A stretch of DNA of 64,000 nt, from NCBI GenBank assembly GCA_030390025.1, contig CM059432.1, positions 150,414,001 to 150,478,000 of the forward strand, written 5' to 3'. A model generated the notes under the pieces. The model made no database searches and was not told the DNA's origin. It was given only the letters and a program-made list of their open reading frames with translations. Within the stretch, counting starts at the first letter, position 1. The number at the start of each line of letters is the position of its first letter. Origin of the DNA: Squalus acanthias. Lineage: Eukaryota. Both the position numbers and the translations under genes were made by a program. This document shows positions 1 through 11,456 of this stretch, one piece after another.

Positions 1-725
1 ATTCTCTTGACCTTGTCTTAATATCTGGGACTCTGTTGGCAGCCTACCATGATGTTGAAGGACCAGATCCTTTATACCTATCTTTCCATTTCCAAAGTGA
101 AAAAAGGAGATATGCTGTCCTTGATATTACTTTCAACGTCAGCCATCTCACTTATGATGAAAGAGGTCAGTTATTGGATATTGTAGGTTTCACCCTTTTC
201 TAGAAGCGTATGCAGATGTTGCAGAATCACACCCGAGAGGAAGATAGCTCTGAAGCAAATGATTGGCGACAGATAACAGAAAGAGGTTTTCTGCAGTCAG
301 TCAGTCCTTGAAGGTTGACTTGCACTGTCCAAAAAGGAGTTGAAAAAACTGAGCTCGAAAGGCAAAGGTTAATTGAAGGACATCCCTCTCAAAGATGATG
401 TAATGCAATCGATGATAACAGTAGAACAAGTACCGGGGGCCAGTCACAGCGTGGTCTTACAGTGCAGAAAGACATTACATGGGCTCTCTCCAAAAATCTC
501 TTATGGATCATTGCATCCTTATGATTATCCCCAGATGGGTAGGTGACTAACCGCAGTGTAAATAGAGAAAAGAGTCCAACTAGCAATTTTCAATGTCTGC
601 ACATTGTAACACAAATTAAAAGGTTAAAAAGAACTAGAAATGTTTTGGCCCATAGAAACAGCACAATGAACAGTTAGTAACATTATTAAGGTCAGTATCA
701 GTCATCAGGATTTCAAGTTCAAACT

Positions 726-1142
726 TGAGTGGTAGCACTCTCACCTGAGTCAGAAGGTGATGGGTTGAAGCCCCACTCCAGAGACTTGCACACATAATAT
801 AGGCTGGCACTTCAGTGCAGTACTGAGAAATTGCCATACTGTAATGTCTTTGGCTCTCTCAGGTGGACATAAAAGATCCCAGGGCACTTCTCTAAAAAGA
901 GCAGGGGAGTTGTCCCAGTGTCCTGACCAACATTTATCCCTCAACCAACACCTAAAACTGATGATCTGGTCATTTATTTCACTGTTCCTGGAACCTTACT
1001 GTGCGCAAATTGGCTGGCACATTTCCCACATTACAACAGTGACTACACTTCAAAAAAAGTACTTAATTGGCTGTAAAGTGCTTTGGGATGTCCTGTGGTT
1101 ATGAAAGATGCTATATAAATGCAAGCCTTTCTTTTCTTTTTT
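726..1142 (+). mobile_element. tRNA-derived Deu-domain SINE (SacSINE1/AmnSINE1-like)
   Basis: tRNA-like head (ggtagcactctcacctgagtcagaagg...gggttgaagcccc), Deu-like core (gtgcgcaaattggctg...ttacaacagtgactacacttcaaaa) and L2-like tail (gctatataaatgcaag + ctttt). Homologous copies at 6971 and 40876. Confidence 0.85.
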
Positions 1143-1446
1143 CAAGCATAATCTCCCTGCTCTTATATTCTATGCCTCAGCTAATAAAGGAAAGTATCCC
1201 GTATGCCTTCTGAACCACCTTATCTACCTGTCCTACTACCTTCAGGGATCAGTGGACATGCACTCCAAGCTCCCTCTGTTCCTCTACACTTCTCAGTGTC
1301 TTACCATTCATTGTGTATTCCCTTGCCTTGTTAACCCTCCCCAAATGCATTACCTCACACTTCTCCGTATTGAATTCCACTTGCCCATCTGACAAGTCCA
1401 TTGATATCCTCCTGCAGTCTACAGCTTTCTTCCTCACTATCAACCA
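1143..1446 (-). mobile_element. CR1 LINE ORF2 fragment
   Basis: Minus-strand translation VEFNTEKCEVMHLGRVNKAREYTMNG...EQRELGVHVH matches the post-RT region of the other CR1 copies. Confidence 0.85.
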
Positions 1447-1699
1447 CATTGCACAGTCTCCCACTCTGTGCCCTCCAAAACAGCAGACCTCCTTATCATC
1501 TTTAGTCATCCTTCCTCATAATCTTAAGGCATTTAAAACCGAAGCTTGTAATTACGCTCCCTTTTACCTCAGTTTCTCTTTTACTCCTTTCAATCTTGAT
1601 GAAGCCCTGTACTATGGGCATTGGCCCTTTACCTTGAACTTTAAAAACACCACTTCTAAATGTGGAGTATGGGTTTTAACTACATATTTTTGTTAACCA

Positions 1700-1830
1700 T
1701 AGGTATTAAGGGATATGGGACACAGGCAGGTATATGGAGTTAAGTCACAGATCAGCCATGATCTCATTGAATGATGGAACAGGCTCGAGAGGCTAAATGG
1801 CCTCCTCCTGTTCCTATGTTCCCTATGTTT
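1700..1830 (+). mobile_element. CR1/HER1 3' tail fragment
   Basis: atcagccatgatctcattgaatg...ggctcgag...aatggcctcctcctgttcctatg, the tail shared by the CR1 copies in this window. Confidence 0.8.
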
Positions 1831-2011
1831 CATGACTTACATCTTTTTTATTCTTTTCCATCTTGGTGGTCTCATACAGTGTTGCCCTTAGCCCGTCGTC
1901 TTGGTTTCTCAATTTAAAAAAAGGAGTCAGATGCAGAAGTTATGCATTCCAGCGTTGGACCGCTGCATTAGTGGACATTCATATCCTGTAACTTCTTGCA
2001 GTGGACAGCCT

Positions 2012-2455
2012 GTTAGCTATGAGGAAAGATTGGATAGGCTGGGGTTGTTTTCTTTGGAACGGAGGAGGCTGAGGGGAGATTTAATTGAGGTGTATAAAAT
2101 TATGAGGAGCCTGGATAGAGTGGATAGGAAGGATCTACTTCCCTCAGCAGAGAGGGCAATAACCAGGGGGCAAAGATTGAAAGTAATTGGTAGAAGTAGA
2201 GGGGAGTTGAGGAGAACTTTTTACACCCAGAGGGTTTTGGGGGTCTGGAACTCACTGCCTGAAAGGGTGGTAAAGGCAGAAACCCTCATCGCATTTAAAA
2301 AGTACTTGGATATGCACTTTAAGTGCCGTAAGCTACAGGGCTATGGACCAAGGGCTGGAAAGTGGGATTAGGCTGGATAGCACATTTTTTGGCCGGCAGA
2401 GACACGATGAGTCGAATGGCCTCCTTCTGTGCCATAAATTTATATGATTCTATGA
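2012..2455 (+). mobile_element. CR1 LINE 3' end (5'-truncated)
   Basis: SYEERLDRLGLFSLERRRLRGDLIEVYKI...TQRVLGVWNSLP followed by 3' UTR and a tatgattc-type tail. Confidence 0.9.
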
Positions 2456-2630
2456 ATAAGTCTTATTGATTTTAGCACAAAGAATTGTAGGGAGGAGAAG
2501 TTCAGAAGACCACTGATTATTGCAGTATCAGTAAAATAGAGCAGAACAAGCAAGGATGTGTTGGTGAAAGAAAGGTTAGAGGGTAGTGATAATAGAAGGA
2601 TTATCTATCAGGTTAGGCACTCAAGACAGA

Positions 2631-2816
2631 GGGGGTAATTTTCACTTTGGGTGATAGTGTAAAATGGGCAATATCAATTCAGCTGCCGGTTATACATCTC
2701 TCCCTATTTTTATTTCCATTGAAGTTAATGGAAATAAAAAACGGGAGGGATGTATAGTGAGTGGCTGATTCGATATCACCCATTTGATACTATCACCCAA
2801 AGTCAAACTTAACCTC
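2631..2816. mobile_element. Palindromic MITE with 3-bp TSD (AGA)
   Basis: The whole element is an imperfect inverted repeat centred on ccattgaagttaatgg. Ends are gggggtaatttt and aaacttaacctc, with aga on both flanks. Confidence 0.8.
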
Positions 2817-2952
2817 AGAGAAGGGAAGACAGTATAAAATAAAAAAGGGTCTGGCGGCTCCTCAGGACACTGCAATATCCTGGTGGGTCTTAGAAACAGC
2901 AATTGGACTAATCCAGGCAATACAAGATCATCCATTTGTGTGGAATATCCTA

Positions 2953-3068
2953 GGGGTGAAACTGATCTTCGCCAGTAACGTGGAACAGGCTCATTGAAAA
3001 GGTGTAAAACTGGCTGCCGCTTCACTATCAGTCCGTTTTGCGCTACTGGCAAAGACCAATTTCATCCG
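2953..3068. mobile_element. Small palindromic MITE
   Basis: ggggtgaaactgatcttcgccagtaacg pairs with cgctactggcaaagaccaatttcatccg. Confidence 0.7.
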
Positions 3069-3495
3069 CTCTGTCTCACTTCTGAAGTAGGATTGCCCTA
3101 TGTCTGGCTTACAGTGGTCAGAGGAAGGACTCCCAATATGATCCAGGATGCTTGCATTAAAGAAAACTGCTGCAAGTTATGGTAGCCCAAAGAGTGTGAG
3201 TGGAGTTTGGGATCACTACGACTGATAATCTCATTCATAAGCAGCAATTTAGGAAACACTGGAGAAAGCAAGATTAAGACACACTGCACATGTGCAGAAA
3301 TCACTGAAGGGTACATTTCCTGAATGCGTGATCCCAGTACAGCCTCTCACCCACCAGAAATGCATATTCTGAAATTGTGCATGCACAGCCCATGATTTAC
3401 CTTAAATGGATGGCAAATTTTGGGCTCTGTGATTTTTGCAGATTTTCTGGCAGCTGTAGATAAGAAATACTGTTTGGGAACTTGACGGATTCGTA

Positions 3496-4153
3496 GGCCC
3501 CTATATTTACGGGGTGAGTGCGAGAAGGGCGAAAATGGCCGGAGGTGCGGAGATCCTGCTGAGTTTAACGGCAGGACTTCATTATCATTTTTTTCTTCCG
3601 TTTCCCATCTGGCAGCCAGCCAAATTGACAGGCTAGCCGGGAAAACCAGTGGCAGAAGGTTGCAGCCAGGGTCCCTTGAGGACGGTCCCAGGCAATCGAG
3701 AGAGGGCAAAGCCAGAGATCAGTGCTTGGGGAGGGGGGGGAATAGAGAGGCCCGCGCGGGAGGGAGGGAGGGAGGCCATGACATGGAGAGGACATTAGTG
3801 CTGTGGTGGAAAAGAGAGAGGCCGCGATCGGCAGAGGGGAGGCCAAAGGCTTCCTCAAGGGGCTGGGGGAGCACTCCTGCTCCTCCTGGCCCACATGGAG
3901 TGTTTTAAAAGGCACTTACCTTCTTAAGCCAGCAGCTCCCACCTCCCTTTTACTGCCAGTTTCCTGACCCCTGGGAAACCCACGCGGCAACTGTAAAGTA
4001 TAAACTGGGCTTCCAATGGTACTGTGGGAGCCAGATTTACGTGTGTTAATAAAGTGTCCTACCTCTCCATGGCAGGCATGTTTGCGGTGGTTTGCATCGC
4101 ATTCCCCGTTTTTTATTTTCTCCCGCTCTTCGTGGGGGTGTTAATATCAAGGC
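3496..4153. mobile_element. Putative non-autonomous DNA transposon (Harbinger-like ends)
   Basis: GC/CpG-rich block with degenerate inverted ends (ggcccctatatttac / gttaatatcaaggc), similar in style to other MITEs here. Confidence 0.5.
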
Positions 4154-4289
4154 TATACATTCTAAAACAACAATTTCCAGAGCAGGAGCAGTCACTATAA
4201 ATAATTTGCACATGATTACTTGGTTAATAAAAAAGCACAGTTTAAAAATTGCAATGCTAGGACAGGACAACCAGATTGCAATGCTCTGA

Positions 4290-5450
4290 GTCCAATCGAT
4301 CTCCCAAACCGGCATCTTTCAACTTGGATGCCAAATACCGTTGGGACTCCAGCTGGCCCGAGTGTTGCCTGTCATATTATGCAGACTAACAGCAGGACAT
4401 CGCTGGCACAGACACCAACAAGCTCAAGTGAGTTGGTCTGAAACCAGCCAACCCTGAGGTTCAACCACTGCTACACCCCTTTTCCACGACTTCTCAAGAA
4501 TCTTTTTTCAGGAAAAACAGTCAGAACAATGATGGGTTCTCGTCCCCCAAGTCCAAGCAAAGGAAAATTTGTGGTGCATTTAGGGTTGCCAACTCTTGTT
4601 AGAGGCATTCCCAGAGGTTTGGTCACTTGATACTCTGACCACGTGACTTCTACCAATGTTATTGCATTTAAGGGTTGGGGCCCCTGTGGCTGATTATTTT
4701 TGCTCGTGGTTTCGTGCCAGCTGTTGATGTGCAAGACGTTCCAAGAATCAGGGGGCCATCCGTGAAGAAGGGAAACCGAGGACAGGGGTGAGTGATTCGC
4801 AGAGGGGAAATTACAGGTGGGAGGAACTTTGATTCCACCAGTAACTAATGGTAACTCACTGAAATTGCACTGATAACTAATAGTGATAGTGGTAACACTC
4901 AGACTCCCCATATAACCAACAGTAATACAATAACTCACTGACAGTCTATATGTAACTCGTAGTAATAGGTGTAATGTTCCGAAATCCTACCTTAACTAAT
5001 AGTAATCCTATAACTGACTGATATTCACCCTGTAACTGCATCCAGAATACCCCAGCACTGCACAAGGTGCAGTCAGCCACCCCCACCACCCCCATCGAAG
5101 CCTCTTTTAACAGATCTGATTCCGGTAGACTCCTAGTCATTCCGGGAGGGTTGGGAACCCTAGGTGCATTACACTCCATTACTAACACAGCGAGCAGTTG
5201 CTCTCCCTCACCTGGCAACTATGCCCTTATCTTAGTGGGTCACAGGATTACTGGCATCAATCAACAAGACCTCAAGGAGGCCAGCGTGAGACTTTGATTT
5301 GAGCAAGGCTGAACTGACACATGCTTTGATAAAACAATTCATCACTAAAATAACCAAGTAGCCTATGATAGCAGAACATCAACACTTTCAGGACAACAGC
5401 TGTGGTTTGCTACAAACCATCAGGCCAAAATAAAGAAACTCATCACCTTA
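4290..5450 (+). pseudogene. Degraded coding relic, possibly env/fusion-glycoprotein-like (copy A), split by a hAT MITE
   Basis: Peptides GIFQLGCQIPLGLQLARVLPVI (4311-) and DFDLSKAELTHALIK (5290-) resemble, in the same order, peptides of the relic at 60390-63950. Confidence 0.35.
4581..5162. mobile_element. hAT-superfamily non-autonomous element
   Basis: TIRs tagggttgccaac / gttgggaacccta. Exact 8-bp TSD ggtgcatt at 4573-4580 and 5163-5170. Confidence 0.9.
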
Positions 5451-5799
5451 TAAAGATTTTAGCTTTCAGGACCACGACAAAACTTGTTTAACAATTTCAG
5501 TGGCAACAATTCTACCGTAAGATTAAATGAGGGTACCCTGTAATCAGGGTAAATCACATCTGGCAAAGGTATTTACCTTCAGACACCTGGACACTAAGAT
5601 ATTTTAGACAATTCTTCACCCACAAATACTGCATACAGCACATGGCTGCAGTAACTATATTTAAGCATCTCAGCATGCAGAAAGTGACACACCTTCTGCC
5701 TATAAATCAGTGCACAATAATTACTCCAACAAGGGCAATGGTACCTCAATAAAGCAGAAAGACCAAATCCTTGGAGCATGAACTGGACCTTATTGTGGA

Positions 5800-6200
5800 C
5801 AGTCTGTGGCCAGGAAGTGTCTTCTCCTTCTGTCTCCCAATTTCAAACCCCTTTTCTCTCCTCCTCTCCGGAGGGGGTGAATCATGTTGTGGTCTGGTTT
5901 CATAGGAGCCAGGTGTCCTCCAGTATCTCACCCAAGTGACTGTTCTTCATGTGTGAGATCAGTCTGTGGCCAGTTAGTGTCTTCTGCTTCTGTCTCCCAA
6001 TTTGGTTCTAATACCCTCAAAGGTTGAAGAGCCTGTTAACATTTCAGTGAGTATTAACAGGTTATTCAACCTTGGAGGGCAGAATAGCCAAAATCTAATC
6101 CTGGCCTTACACAGCATCAATACTTTTCACTGATCAGGAGTCAGAACCCTGACTGATTTCTCCCTGCCTTAAGACCAGGAATGCTAAGGCCATTTTCCTG
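5800..6200 (-). repeat. Old interspersed repeat, homologous to 45350-45690 in opposite orientation
   Basis: cccaagtgactgttcttcatgtgtg and gaaccctgactgattt match the reverse complement of motifs at 45480-45680. Strand is relative to the 45.4-kb copy. Confidence 0.5.
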
Positions 6201-6970
6201 TTGAAAAATGTTCATGTGTGGATGCTGTTTGTGTAAGATGCATGATCAGGTTTGGTTGTGAGGCCCTCCAAGCTGGGATCCGCTAACTCAGCACAGACCA
6301 AGGACCAAACACTGATGGTGGGTTTAAAAATGAAGAAATTAGAAGTAAATAGGGAATTCAAACAGAGCTATGCTATACAAAGCCATCGCCAGTGTGGCAC
6401 TAGTAAGTCAAATATAAGCTGGCTTTCTCTTGCTGTGGTGTTCCAACCACACTGGTTGGGCCTTTGAAAGACATGTCGCTTCCACATTCAGGACCATATG
6501 GTGATAGAAGTCATCACGATAAAGACTGTTTAAATACCATCCATAACTGCTTACCTAAATTTGATTGGTTAAAGCCTGACCAATGCAAGAAACTAATTGG
6601 TTGGGTGGCAACATTTCATTAATAAATTTCAAAATTTTAATTCTATGAGATATTCATCCAGAGGTTGTATCATACCTCCCATGTCAACCTTTACATTCCC
6701 GAGTTGAAATTGGCAGGAAAAAAAGTCTGAGAGACTAATTTTTAACCCAGAGGCCTATTACACATGATGACCATTCCACTTTCGTTGGGTAGAGGCTCAG
6801 AAAAAAAGGCAAATGATTAAACTTTTAAAATTAGGGGGGAAAAGTTTGAACAAATTCTACTAGTTTGACACAAAAAGGGTAAAGTTAAAATAAGGAGAAA
6901 ATAATGAGAAAAGAGAGGGCAAGGTGAACAGAAGTGCTTATCTTTTAACCTGTGTATGTTTTAGCTGTAG

Positions 6971-7384
6971 AAAGAAAGAAAAAACTTCCATTTATATAGC
7001 ACCTTTCAAGACCTCAGAAGGTCATGAAACGCTTTACAGCCAATGAAGTGCTTTTGAAGTGTAGTCACTGCTGTAATGTAGGAAATGTGGCAGCCAATTT
7101 GTGCACAGCAAGATCCCACAAACAGCAATGAGATAGTGATCAGATAATCTGTTTGTGATGTTGGTTGAGGGATAAATATTGGCCAGAACACCGAGAAGAA
7201 CTCCTCTGCTCTTCTTCAAAAGAGTGCCATGGGGCCTTTTACGTTTACCTGAGAGGGTAGACGGCGCCTCGGTTTAATGTCTCATCCAAAAGACGGCACC
7301 TGCAACAATGCAGCATTCCCTCAGTACTGCAATGGAGTGTCAGCCTGGATTGTGTGCTCAATTCTCTGGAGTGGGACTTGAACC
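6971..7384 (-). mobile_element. Deu-domain SINE (5' end missing)
   Basis: Reverse complement of the 726/40876 SINE from the B-box (ggttcaagtccc) to the tail. Confidence 0.85.
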
Positions 7385-7565
7385 ATTCCTGCCATTAGAG
7401 AAGTTTTATCAAAGTTTGCTTCAGTGTCCAGGTGCATCAGCTAAAAAAAGAGATGAGAGCAAGGAATTTGGAACTCCAAGGAGCCCAAGGATGAATAACT
7501 GCTGTTACTTTCACTCTTGGAATCAAAGATGGCCCTTGCAAAGGAATTTCTAGCTCTACATATTA

Positions 7566-8353
7566 TGGGGGATTTTGCCGGCGCTCAGGGGGCGGGTTTG
7601 GAGGCGGGACCGGTGGCAAAATAGTAAAAAATGGGAGTGGGTCCCGAACCCGCTCCTAACCCGCCTCCATACGATCTTCCCAGGTGGCGGGTCCCCAATT
7701 CGCGCAGGGACCCGTCTCCTACCGGCGGGAAGGGGATTTGAGCGAAGAGGCTTTTCCCCATTTTGCGCCTACTGCTGCGGGCTTCCCGACGTCGAGAAAA
7801 CCCGCCAGGGTAAGTGAGGTGAGCTGTGGGTCTGTTGTACTGTAACTGTAGAAATGACAGCTGCAGAGGTAGTGTGAAGGCTGCAATGGGACACTGGTAA
7901 GTATGACAGGTGAGAGAATGTTGGGGATTTTTTTTTTACTGTGGTTTGATGCTTCTGCAGGTGACAAGCTGTGCTGTGTTTGTGCAGCCTAATCTCATCG
8001 GGAGAAGTGACAGATGGCTTCTGCAATCTCACATGCAGCTGCCATCTGTTTCATCATAAGGAGAGTCATTGGAGAGCCTGGGTGCAAGGGCTCACCTTTG
8101 CACAGTGATTGTCAGTGTTTGACAACACCTCAATGCTGTCAAACACTGTCAAAAAATTATGGTGCCTGTCACTTTAACAAAACCGGCAGTGATACCGGCT
8201 TTCCCTTAATTGGCTGGCAAGACCGCAGGGCGGGCTTAACAAGGCCAATCAAGGGAAAATAGCGTCTGTTTATCAGACATTGCTGGGGGCGGGACTGAAA
8301 CCCGAAAACCAGCAGTCCCACCTCGACCTCCAGATCTAAGGTAAAATCCAGCC
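7566..8353. mobile_element. Harbinger-type non-autonomous element
   Basis: Ends gggggattttgcc / ggtaaaatccagcc match the TIR of the Harbinger at 57074-60244. CpG-rich subtermini. Confidence 0.65.
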
Positions 8354-8356
8354 AAT

Positions 8357-9459
8357 TGTCTCAACTTCATGAGTAGTCAAGGTAAGATCCCATCTCACAA
8401 ACACATTTCTCAATAACTGCACCACCACCAGCAGCACAACCTCAACGGCCTGCATCCACCATCTAATTATACACTGACATTCACACACCCCACACTATTG
8501 CATCCATCACAGGCACGACTCAAACCTCACATCTCACAACACATCAACCAGGTCAAGCATATCTCACACACACACACACGCCAATAAACTAATTCACAAT
8601 CACCACTCTTTCTCTTCCAGGACAAGATAGCACATAACAGGAGCCAGCAAGGCCTGACCGGGGGAGGGGAAGCACAACTCCATGAGATCACTCCCCTTGA
8701 GGAGGCAGTGCTGGCAGTAATCTGGAGGGGAGTGGAAGATGCCTTGGCCACAGACACAGCAGGGGACATATCGCCTAGTGGTATGTGGCCACTCCAGCAT
8801 CCTTACATATCCGCAACAATTCCTGATCCCTAATCCCCCAAACCAATCCTCACTCACAAGCTCCATATGGTGTCATCACACACATCCTCCTATAGTGGTC
8901 ACTGTAAGGAGAGGTCTTTAATTGCAACGCTAGCCAGCAAAATGGCGTGCAGCCTCTTTAATGAGAGTTAGGAACCAATTTAATTGGTCATCAGAGCTTT
9001 AATGTCCAAAAATGTGTGGGTTAGGTTGATTTGGCTATGATAAATTGACCCTTAGTGTTAGGGGGGGATTAAATATGTGGGATTATGGGGATAGGATGGG
9101 ATATGTTAGGGGGAATTAAATACGTGGGGTTACGGGGGTAGGGTGGGATATGTGTACTGTGGGGATTAAGGCAGGGACAGGGTACTGGATTTGGATGATC
9201 AGCCATGATCGTATTGAATGGCGGAGCAGGCTCGACGGGCCGAATGGCCTACTCCTGCTCCTAGATTCTATGTTTCTATGTTTCTATGTTAATCATCCTC
9301 GGGCAGCGGTTCCTAGCTTGCACTTCAACTCCTTTACCAAGATGGCGTCTTGGGCTCAAGGTGGCCTAACCAGGCATTGCAGCTCCAGACCCCATCTTGG
9401 CCACCTCGGACACTCTTAGCGCCTAAACTACCAGCGCTACAGCGGGGAAAATAGCCCCC
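8357..9459 (+). pseudogene. Harbinger remnant with Myb/SANT-gene exon relics and a right end
   Basis: Donor aag|gtaag at about 8381. Exon 8621-8790 reads DKIAHNRSQQGLTGGGEAQLHEITPLEEAVLAVI, like exon 2 of the other Harbinger Myb genes (EKRAHNKRERAMTGGGPP). TIR-like end gaaaatagccccc at 9459. Confidence 0.65.
9010..9289 (+). mobile_element. HE1-like V-SINE fragment with CR1-type tail
   Basis: gggttaggttgatttggctatgataaattgacccttagtgt (V-domain-like), followed by a CR1 tail and (ttctatgt)n. Confidence 0.7.
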
Positions 9460-9800
9460 ACAGTCTTCCCATTGCCCTCCTGTGTACTTGTACCTTCCTA
9501 GTCTTTTGTTACTTCTCCAATAGCGCTACTGCTGAAGCACAATTATTATGGTACCACTTTTTAACAACTTACAGGCCACATCCGCTGGAGGCATCAACTG
9601 CAATACATCAGATTCCTTTGTAACCAAGCTATGAGAAAAGGAAACTTAATAGTTTAACCAAAGTGAGAAATGTGATAACTAATAATTCTTCATGAAGTCA
9701 GTTGGCACATATTAAGCACACTGTCCCAAAAACTGTTCAGCGAGAGTCCATAAAAATGCTCTTCTCTCCGACGGGATTTTCGTTTGTATCTTTTACCCTG

Positions 9801-9902
9801 GAGTTCTGATGAAAGTTCATCGACCTGAAACATTAACTCTGTTTCTCTCTCCACAGATGCTGCCTGACCTGCTGAGTATTTCCAGCATTTTCTGTTTTTA
9901 TT
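9801..9902 (+). mobile_element. Solo Penelope-like pLTR fragment with degenerate hammerhead motif
   Basis: Near-identical to the 3' end of the PLE at 33266-33360. Contains gagtt-CTGATGA...GAAA-catt-aactc. Confidence 0.8.
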
Positions 9903-10055
9903 CCATAAAATGGTTGGTGTGGGAAGCGGAAAAGTTCCCCATTGTATAGTTTGATACGAGCAGCCAATGCTTCTAGCTCATTTGCACTGCTCAAGCCGGG
10001 ACCCAAATGTGAGCTTGTTCTGGAATAGTTTAAATGGCCTGATAAAACATCACGT

Positions 10056-11456
10056 TCTGAGGGACAGAATTAGTCTCCACTTGGAGAGGCAAGGATTAAT
10101 CAAGGACAGTCAGCATGGCTTTGTCAGGGGGAGATCATGTCTGACCAATTTGATTGAATTTTGAGAGGGGGTGACTAGGTGTGTGGATGAGGGTAGTGCA
10201 GTTGATGTGGTCTACATGGACTTCAGTAAGGCTTTTGACAAAGTCCCGCATGGGAGACTGGTCAAGAAGGTAAGAGCCCATGGGATCCAGGGCAACTTGG
10301 CACATTGGATCCAAAATTGGCTTAGTGGCAGGAGGCAGAGGGTGATGGTCGAAGGTTGTTTTTGTGACTGGAAGCCTGTGTCCAGTGGTGTATCGCAGGG
10401 ATCGGTGCAGGGTCCTTTGCTGTTTGTAGTGTACATTAATGATTTAGATATGAATGTAGGAGGTATGATCAGTAAGTTCGCAGATGACACGAAAATTGGT
10501 GGAGTGGTAAACAGCGAGGAGGGAAGCCTCAGGCTACAGGACGATACAGACTGGTTGGTTAGATGGGCAGAATAGTGGCAAATGGAATTTAACCCTGAAA
10601 AGTGTGAGGTGATGCATTTTGGGAGGACTAACAAGGCAAGGGAATACACAATGAATGGTAGGACCCTAGGAAGGACAGAGGATCAGAGGGACCTTGGTGT
10701 GCATGTACATAGATCCCTGAAGGCAGCAGGACAGGTAGATAAGGTGGTTAAAAAGGCATATGGGATACTTGCCTTCATTAGCCGAGGCATAGAATATAAG
10801 AGCAGGGAGGTTATGATGGAGCTGTACAAAACGCTAGTTAGGCCACAGCTGGAATACTGTGTGCAGTTCTGGTCGCCACACTATAGGAAGGATGTGATTG
10901 CATTGGAGAGGGTGCAGAGGAGATTCACCAGGATATTACCTGGGCTGCAGCGCTTCAGCTATGAAGAGAGACTGGACAGGCTGGGGTTGTTTTTCTTAGA
11001 GCAGAGAAGGCTGAGGGGGGACCTGATTGAGGTGTACAAAATTATGAGGGGCATAGATAGGGTAGATAGAAAGGAACTTTTCCCCTTAGTAGAGGGGTCA
11101 ATAACCAGGGGGCATAGTTTCAAGGTAAGGGGCAGGAGGTTTAGAGGGGATTTGAGGAAAAACTTTTTCACCCAGAGGGTGGTTGGAATCTGGAACTCAC
11201 TGCTTGAAAGGGTGGTAGAGGCAGGAACTCTCAACATCCAAGAAGCATTTAGATGAGCACTTGAAACGCCATAGCATACAAGGCTACAGTTCTGACGAAA
11301 GGTCATCGACCTGAAACGTTAACTCTCTTTCTCTCTCCACGGATGCTGCCTGGCCTGCTGAGTTTTTCCAGCATTTTCTGTTGTTATTTTAGAATAGACA
11401 GGGCTTGATGGCCGGCGCAGACATGATGGGCCTCTTTTTGTGCTGTATAACTCTAT
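10056..11456 (+). mobile_element. CR1 LINE, 5'-truncated ORF2 (RT) plus tail
   Basis: [41 protein letters not shown]; contains stops and frameshifts. Confidence 0.95.
11288..11391 (+). mobile_element. Solo Penelope-like pLTR with hammerhead motif, inserted in the CR1 3' end
   Basis: agtt-CTGACGA-a-aggtc atc gacct-GAAA-cgtt-aact. Interrupts the CR1 after aggctac. Confidence 0.85.

Noticed and set aside
726..800. Genuine tRNA genes at SINE heads (also 37355 and 40880)
   Set aside because: Degenerate heads continuous with SINE bodies; no complete cloverleaf.
5865..5895. PPT plus LTR start (ggagggggtgaatca|tgttgt) after the integrase-like relic
   Set aside because: This sequence aligns with the dispersed repeat at 45640-45690, so it is better explained as part of that repeat.
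5801..6003. 43-bp direct repeat (5801-5843, 5961-6003) as a TSD or LTR pair
   Set aside because: Too long for a TSD and lies within an old repeat; likely a local duplication.
10212..11306. Antisense ORFs over the CR1 copies (many in the ORF track)
   Set aside because: Shadow frames of LINE ORF2.
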